This document shows, piece after piece, positions 56,937-62,456 of a stretch of 62,456 bases of DNA. Origin of the DNA: Candidatus Aenigmatarchaeota archaeon (GTDB lineage: Archaea > Aenigmatarchaeota > Aenigmatarchaeia > QMZS01); the NCBI GenBank assembly GCA_030614705.1, contig JAUWTN010000001.1, forward strand, positions 1 to 62,456. The letters are read 5' to 3'. The first letter of the stretch is position 1. Each line of letters begins with the position of its first letter. Made by a program: the position numbers and the translations under genes. The notes under the pieces are model-generated. The model did no database searches. It was given only the letters and a program-made list of their open reading frames with translations, and was not told where the DNA came from.

Positions 56937-58108
56937 TTTTTATTTAGGATTTTATCTAAATATTCTTCAAAGTCATCAGTAATCTCATCCCAACTATTTT
57001 TCTCAACAAATTTCCTCGCTTTCTTTCCTTCAATTTCAATCCTGTTTTTTTTAATTAATTCCAGAACCTTGTCAACAACATCTTCGGGTTTGTCAACATA
57101 AATTACTCCGTTGTCATTTCCAAATTCAAGTATAATTCCCGGAAGTTTAGTTGAGATAACAGGTTTCTCCATTGCCATGTATTCATACATTTTTATAGGA
57201 ACAATATCCCGCATAATTTCATTGTTGTAAGCCGGAAGCAAGCAGATATCTGAAGCAGAAATAAATTCAGGAATTCTCTCAAATGATTGTTTTCCAGTTA
57301 AGATAATTTTATCCCCAAATCGAGCCCTTATATTTTTCAGGTCTTCATAAGCATCACCCTCACCAACAATCAACATTTTTATTTTTTTGTGTCCCAATAA
57401 ACTTGAAGCAACTTCTTTCAACCCGGAAAAATCATATAGCCACCCCATGAAAAACAAAACAAGTTCATCATCTTTAATCCCATATTCTTCCCTTATTTTA
57501 TCTCCTTTAATTTTTGAATTATATCTCTCAAAATCAATTCCCGCCCTGATAACATCTGTCTTCTTTATATCTGCGCCCATTCTGGCAGTATACTCTCTCA
57601 AACCCTCATTTATAGACAGAACCTTATCAGAACCAATCATATTTCTGCGCTCAATAACTTTTGCAATTTTCCGAAGGAATTTCTGCGGGACTAATGTATT
57701 CAAAGAGTCTATTATATAATACACAAAAGGTATTTTATTTTTCTTAGCCAACTTAATCGCAATATTAGCATTCAGAATCCCAAAACCAATAATCACATCA
57801 GGATGAAATTCTTTTATCTGCTTTTTTATTTCTTTCCTGTGTGAATAAATTAAAGAAAAATATTCCAATAAAGGCAGTTTTACAATTGGTGGTCTTATCA
57901 CAGTAATGTTTCCATCTTTGATTGCTTTATGTTGATTTTTAAAAACCTTTCTCTTTGATAATAATTCTTTTTCATGAGACCTCCAAGAAATTTCAAAATC
58001 TATCACTCTTACTTTGTGTCCTTTAACAGATAATCTTTCAAAAAGATGATGTGATTGGTGGGGTCCTTTTTCAACCCAATCCGACTCCTGAACAACAAGA
58101 ATATTCAT
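56933..58108 (-). CDS. Glycosyltransferase family 4
   Basis: IVGEGD, SDICLLP, PIKMYEYMAMEKPVI. Confidence 0.9.
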   Translation of the reverse strand: MNILVVQESDWVEKGPHQSHHLFERLSVKGHKVRVIDFEISWRSHEKELLSKRKVFKNQHKAIKDGNITVIRPPIVKLPLLEYFSLIYSHRKEIKKQIKEFHPDVIIGFGILNANIAIKLAKKNKIPFVYYIIDSLNTLVPQKFLRKIAKVIERRNMIGSDKVLSINEGLREYTARMGADIKKTDVIRAGIDFERYNSKIKGDKIREEYGIKDDELVLFFMGWLYDFSGLKEVASSLLGHKKIKMLIVGEGDAYEDLKNIRARFGDKIILTGKQSFERIPEFISASDICLLPAYNNEIMRDIVPIKMYEYMAMEKPVISTKLPGIILEFGNDNGVIYVDKPEDVVDKVLELIKKNRIEIEGKKARKFVEKNSWDEITDDFEEYLDKILNKK

Positions 58109-58109
58109 T

Positions 58110-59249
58110 TTAAAATTCAGCGTTTTTATTTATATTATGTTTATTTTCCATAAACCAATCATGAACTTTTTTTAGACCTTCTTCAAAAGTTGTCTTTGGT
58201 TCATAACCTAGAATTCTCCTTGCCTTCTCAATTGAAGAACAAAGTCTTTTTTTAACATCCCAATCTCTTTCACCAACCTGTTTCATCCCTGCATTATTTG
58301 TGGTTAATCTGTTTACTTCAGCGGCCATATCAATTACTTTATGTTCTTTTCCAGAACCAAGGTTAATTGATTCTCCGATTGCCTTTTCTTCCAGACCCAT
58401 TGTAAGTAATCCATCAACAATATCTTCCACATAAGTCCAGTCTCTTGTTTCCTCTCCTGTTCCTGTTATTGGAAGTGATTTCCCGTTCATTGCCCAGTAA
58501 AAAAAGTTGGGTATTACATTTCTGTATTTTCCCGGAACTTCTCCAGGACCAAAAACATTAAAGAATCTTGCGTTCACAATTGGGAGATTATATAAATTAT
58601 AAAAATAGTTTGTGTACAACTCACCGAGTAATTTTGTTACCTGATAAGGTGTGTGTAATTTTATAGAAATATCATGTTCCTCAAAAGGCATTTTTGAATC
58701 AAGTCCATAAACCCCGCAACCTGAAGAAGAGTAAACAAATCTTTTCACTTTTACTAGATTGGCATACTGCAATACTTTTAGAATTCCAATCCCGTTTATC
58801 ATCAAATCAGTTTCCGGGCTGTCCACAGAATTCTGGTTTGCAAAATGCGCAGCTAAATGGAATACATAATCCGGCTTTTCCTTGAAAACTCTTTTCAAAT
58901 CCTCATCATTAAGAATATCCCCTTTTACAAATTTTATGTTTTTGTGAACTGGTATATTCCATTCATAAGCAGAAGAAAGATTATCAAGAATTGTTACCTT
59001 TGCCCCGAGTTCTGCCAATCTTTTTGAAAGATTCGTGCCTATTGCTCCGGCTCCTCCGGTTACAAGAACTTTTTTTTCATTATAATCTGGAAATTCCTCT
59101 GGTTTCTGTTCTTCAGTTTCTATAAGAGGTATCTGCTCCCCAAGCATTGCTATCTGGGCTTTCATAAGTTCAAGAACCTGTTTTGTATCTGAAATATCTT
59201 TCTCCAAATCCACGATATTAACACCCATATTTCTCTTTTCCAGTTCCAT
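58110..59249 (-). CDS. NAD-dependent epimerase/dehydratase with N-terminal extension
   Basis: VLVTGGAGAIG, LDNLSS, FHLAA, YQVTK, RFFNVFGPG, GEETRD. Confidence 0.9.
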   Translation of the reverse strand: MELEKRNMGVNIVDLEKDISDTKQVLELMKAQIAMLGEQIPLIETEEQKPEEFPDYNEKKVLVTGGAGAIGTNLSKRLAELGAKVTILDNLSSAYEWNIPVHKNIKFVKGDILNDEDLKRVFKEKPDYVFHLAAHFANQNSVDSPETDLMINGIGILKVLQYANLVKVKRFVYSSSGCGVYGLDSKMPFEEHDISIKLHTPYQVTKLLGELYTNYFYNLYNLPIVNARFFNVFGPGEVPGKYRNVIPNFFYWAMNGKSLPITGTGEETRDWTYVEDIVDGLLTMGLEEKAIGESINLGSGKEHKVIDMAAEVNRLTTNNAGMKQVGERDWDVKKRLCSSIEKARRILGYEPKTTFEEGLKKVHDWFMENKHNINKNAEF

Positions 59250-59387
59250 ATTATTCTATAATATTATTATCTCTAAAATTATTAGAGACAATTTTTCTTT
59301 CAAATAGTTTAACATTTATATTAACTACCATAATAGGATATAATTTTATATATAAACTTAAATTAGTGGTTTTATTAAATTATCTCT

Positions 59388-60326
59388 TCAATTCAACCGA
59401 TAAAACCATTTCATCCATTCCACAGTTCTTTTAATCCCTTCTTCAGGAGATATTTTTGGGTCGTGTTTCAGGTCATTAATTGCCTCTGAGCAGTCAATTG
59501 TCTTAATCTTTGTTGTAAAGGGCTCTGCTTCTTTGTATGTGACTAAAGAGTCCTCTTTTCCTATTGCTTTTAAGATTATACCTGCATAGTCTTCAATAGG
59601 TTTCTCCCATTCAGGTTTACCCGCAACATTGTAAACTTTTCCAGAAATGAAATTATCTATTATATTAGCCCATGTAGTGCAGGAATCCTCAACATAATCA
59701 ATTATTCTCTTGTGTCCTTTATATATAGTAAAAGGTTTGTTAAAAAGAGCGTGATATATGAATTTTGGGATAAATCCTCTATAAGGGGTGTAATGTTCAT
59801 GAGGACCATAGCAGTTTACTGGTCTGACCCTGACTGTTTCAGTTCCAAACATCTTTGCTGAATTCAGGCACATTAATTCCCCGGCCCATTTAGTTATTGC
59901 ATAATCATTCATCTGGTACGTGTCTTTTATTGGGTTATTTACCATTATATTCTCAAGCATTCTCCCTTCGTAATCTCCGTAAACCTCTGCGCTTGAGAAA
60001 AAAATCATTTTAAATTTCAGTTTCTCCTGCAATCTCAACATATGTTTGGTCCCAATCACATTTGTCTGCCATAGATTTTCATAATAATCCTCTCCATTCC
60101 ACCTTCCATATTCTGCCGCAAGGTGATAAACATAATCAAATTTCCGGTTATCAAAAACTTTCTCCAACTGCCTGAAATTCCTGACATCTGTTCTGCAGTA
60201 CTTCTCCCTGTCTGTGTTAAAAAGGTCAACAGCAATAACTTCATGTCCTCTTTTTTTCAGTTCATTTACTAGATTTGTTCCGATAAATCCAGCTCCGCCA
60301 GTTACAAGTATTTTCTGCGTTTCCAT
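59388..60326 (-). CDS. NAD-dependent epimerase/dehydratase
   Basis: ILVTGGAGFIG, YHLAA, SSAEVYG, YAITK, NCYGP. Confidence 0.9.
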   Translation of the reverse strand: METQKILVTGGAGFIGTNLVNELKKRGHEVIAVDLFNTDREKYCRTDVRNFRQLEKVFDNRKFDYVYHLAAEYGRWNGEDYYENLWQTNVIGTKHMLRLQEKLKFKMIFFSSAEVYGDYEGRMLENIMVNNPIKDTYQMNDYAITKWAGELMCLNSAKMFGTETVRVRPVNCYGPHEHYTPYRGFIPKFIYHALFNKPFTIYKGHKRIIDYVEDSCTTWANIIDNFISGKVYNVAGKPEWEKPIEDYAGIILKAIGKEDSLVTYKEAEPFTTKIKTIDCSEAINDLKHDPKISPEEGIKRTVEWMKWFYRLN

Positions 60327-60351
60327 AATTATTATTTAAACTTTAAAAATT

Positions 60352-61010
60352 ATGGTAAAAAAGTCTTGTCTTTTGGAGCGCATCCTGATGATATTGAACT
60401 TGGGTGTGGTGGTACAGAAGCCAAATTAATAGATAAGGGATATAAAATAGTGCATGTTTATGCTACATCCGGAGAAGCAGGCAGGCAGACCATATCTAAA
60501 GAAAAACTGGGAAAAATCAGAGAAGAAGAAGCGAAACAAGCTGCGAAGGTTCTGGGTGTGGGTGGAGTTGAATTTTTAAGGTATCCTGACGGTCTTACGG
60601 ATTTTATCAGAAAGATGAAAATTGATGTAATTAATTTAATTAGAAAAGAAAAACCAAATATAATCTTTGTTCATGAAACAAAAGAGAATTTTCCAGACCA
60701 CAAAATTATAAGTGATTTAGTTCTAAGTGGTGCTGCAGGTCCAGGGTACCAAGAAGCTAAAGGAGAGCCCTGGACTGTCGAAACAATATTGGGTTATGAA
60801 GTATGGCATCCCATAACCAATTATCAACTTGTTGAATACATAACAAATACAATACAAAAGAAAATGGGTGCTTTGGTATGTTATAAATCTCAAGTGGAAA
60901 CCACAAAATATGATAAAGCTTTTGAAGGATTAGCACGATATCGAGGTGTAATGACTTGGGGAAAATACGCAGAAGTATTTGAAGTTATAAAGACCTCAAA
61001 GTTAATTTAA
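60352..61010 (+). CDS. PIG-L/LmbE family deacetylase; natural ATG is out of frame by one base at an A6 run
   Basis: AHPDD..GCGG, TSGEAG, REEE, FPDH, YKSQ, YAEVF. ATG 60352 joins the main frame only with A7 at 60357-60362. Confidence 0.8.
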
Positions 61011-61033
61011 ATTTTTAGTTAATATTTTCAAAT

Positions 61034-62122
61034 CTAATTAACTTCTTTATCTCCTATTATTATTTTCAATATCTTATCGCCTGCTTTTCCATCACCCAAA
61101 GGATTTTCCCAATTTCTTTCCTTATTTAGCATTATCCTTGAACATTCAAGAATTTTTTCAGGATTAGTTCCCGCAAGAATATTTCCCCCAACATCAATTG
61201 TTTCAGGTCTTTCTGTGTTATCTCTTAAAGTTACACAGGGAACCTTCAGGATGCATGCTTCTTCCTGAACTGCTCCGGAATCAGTTAAAATTAATTTTGC
61301 ATTTGCTTCCAGTTGCAAGAATTCCAAAAAACCTGTTGGGTCTATTAAATTAATTCCTTTCGGAATAATTATATTAAATTCTTCTAATCTTTTCCTTGTT
61401 CTTGGGTGAATAGGATAAATAACAGGTAAATTAAGTTCTTCTGATAATAATTCCGCTCCTTTTAAAATTCCTTCTATATTTTCTTTTGTGTCAACATTCT
61501 CTTCTCTATGCGCAGTAACTAATAGATAATCATTTTGTTCTAAACTCAAATCTTTCAAAATATTTACTTTTTTGTTGGCAAGCTCCAGATTCTGGTAAAC
61601 CGCATCAACAATCGTATTTCCAGTCACAAATATTATTTTTTTATCAAATCCCTCTTCCAGTAAAATTTCTTTTGATTTTTCTGTTGGTGGAAATAAAAGG
61701 TCTGAGCAATGATCAGTTAAAATCCTATTTATCTCCTCAGGCATTCTCCGGTCATAACTTCTTAAACCAGCCTCAACATGACCAATTTTTATCTGTAATT
61801 TATGAGCTGCCAAAGCTCCCGCAAGCACAGTGTCTGTATCACCTTCAACCAAAACAACATCCGGGTTTTCCTTCTGCAAAATTTTCTCTATTCCAGCAAG
61901 CATTTTCCCTGTTTGTTCCCCGTGAGTTCCTGAACCCACATCCAGATTATATTTTGGTTTTGGGAATTCAAGCTGCTCAAAAAAAAGTTTATCCATATTG
62001 TAAGAATAATGCTGTCCTGTATGGATTATAAAATAATCTAATTTTAATTCCCCGCATTTCCTGATAATCGAAGACATTTTTATAATCTCCGGTCTTGTGC
62101 CTAATATTATTGATAATCTCAT
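61034..62122 (-). CDS. wecB: UDP-N-acetylglucosamine 2-epimerase (non-hydrolysing)
   Basis: GTRPEIIK, HTGQHY, VEGDT, HVEAGLRS, MPEEINR, TAHREEN, TDSG, TERPE; start at MRLSII. Confidence 0.95.
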   Translation of the reverse strand: MRLSIILGTRPEIIKMSSIIRKCGELKLDYFIIHTGQHYSYNMDKLFFEQLEFPKPKYNLDVGSGTHGEQTGKMLAGIEKILQKENPDVVLVEGDTDTVLAGALAAHKLQIKIGHVEAGLRSYDRRMPEEINRILTDHCSDLLFPPTEKSKEILLEEGFDKKIIFVTGNTIVDAVYQNLELANKKVNILKDLSLEQNDYLLVTAHREENVDTKENIEGILKGAELLSEELNLPVIYPIHPRTRKRLEEFNIIIPKGINLIDPTGFLEFLQLEANAKLILTDSGAVQEEACILKVPCVTLRDNTERPETIDVGGNILAGTNPEKILECSRIMLNKERNWENPLGDGKAGDKILKIIIGDKEVN

Positions 62123-62182
62123 AAAGATATTTAATGTAAATTTAACCCTTTCAAACCATCTAAAAAACCAGAATAGTTTATT

Positions 62183-62456
62183 ATGGCAACTCAAAATTAC
62201 CTGAAAAAGGCAGCTTCAGGAGCTTTATTTATATTCCTTTTCAGTGTACTGGGAGCTATAATTTCCTATATATTGAGATTTGTCCTGACTTCGAATCTTT
62301 CTCCTGCAGAATATGGTTTATTTTATGCGTGCCTCTCCATAGTTGGTCTATTTGCTTTATTTAATGATTTTGGATTATCGGGGAGTCTGGTCTACCACAT
62401 CTCAAAATTCAAATCAAACAACAAACTTAAAGAATTAAAAAGTTCTATTTATTTGG
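62183..62456 (+). CDS. Oligosaccharide flippase (Wzx/MOP family), truncated by the window end
   Basis: Manual translation MATQNYLKKAASGALFIFLFSVLGAIISYILRFVLTSNLSPAEYGLFY...DFGL; L-x-P-x-E-Y-G and DFGL motifs. Confidence 0.85.
   Translation, partial: MATQNYLKKAASGALFIFLFSVLGAIISYILRFVLTSNLSPAEYGLFYACLSIVGLFALFNDFGLSGSLVYHISKFKSNNKLKELKSSIYL

Noticed and set aside
1113..62031. Many 60-240 aa ORFs antisense to or nested in called genes (for example 5678-6172, 21001-21726, 33061-33498, 34280-34723)
   Set aside because: Phe/Ser/Ile/Leu-rich shadows of Lys/Glu-rich genes, fully overlapping better-supported CDSs.
1..62456. CRISPR array, rRNA, transposase, reverse transcriptase or recognisable defence operon
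   Set aside because: No periodic repeat-spacer pattern, no long GC-rich structural RNA and no such protein motifs found by eye.

Overview
AT-rich, gene-dense chromosomal segment of an archaeon, most consistent with a DPANN lineage (archaeal PCNA, DnaG, NurA, uL1/uL10, eL21, GatE, aIF5B, PheRS, prefoldin beta, SecE, cupin PGI, pilin-like proteins, scrambled operons). About 1-40 kb is housekeeping, central-carbon and surface-protein genes; 40.4 kb to the end is a surface-glycan locus (glycosyltransferases, five SAM methyltransferases, deacetylases, nucleotide-sugar enzymes, flippases). The strongest signal is in the RNA genes. All four tRNA genes (Gln-TTG, Ser-GCT, Gln-CTG, Phe-GAA) are interrupted, by seven introns in total, six at non-canonical positions (21/22, 54/55, 59/60), and every gene has a T-loop intron. 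The two tRNA-Gln genes share a 63-nt intron identical at 62 of 63 positions, inside a 91-bp inverted repeat about 9 kb apart. Other notable features: a 796-aa Cys-rich surface gene whose frame continues through one TGA into a DUF1566-like domain of the kind diversified by DGRs; an orphan solute-binding protein with a pilin-type signal peptide; a start motif shared by mRNAs (WTT-ATG) and tRNAs (AATTAT-R); and an A6 frameshift at the start of a deacetylase. No rRNA, CRISPR array, transposase, integrase or reverse transcriptase was seen. All calls come from manual reading; no database searches were run.
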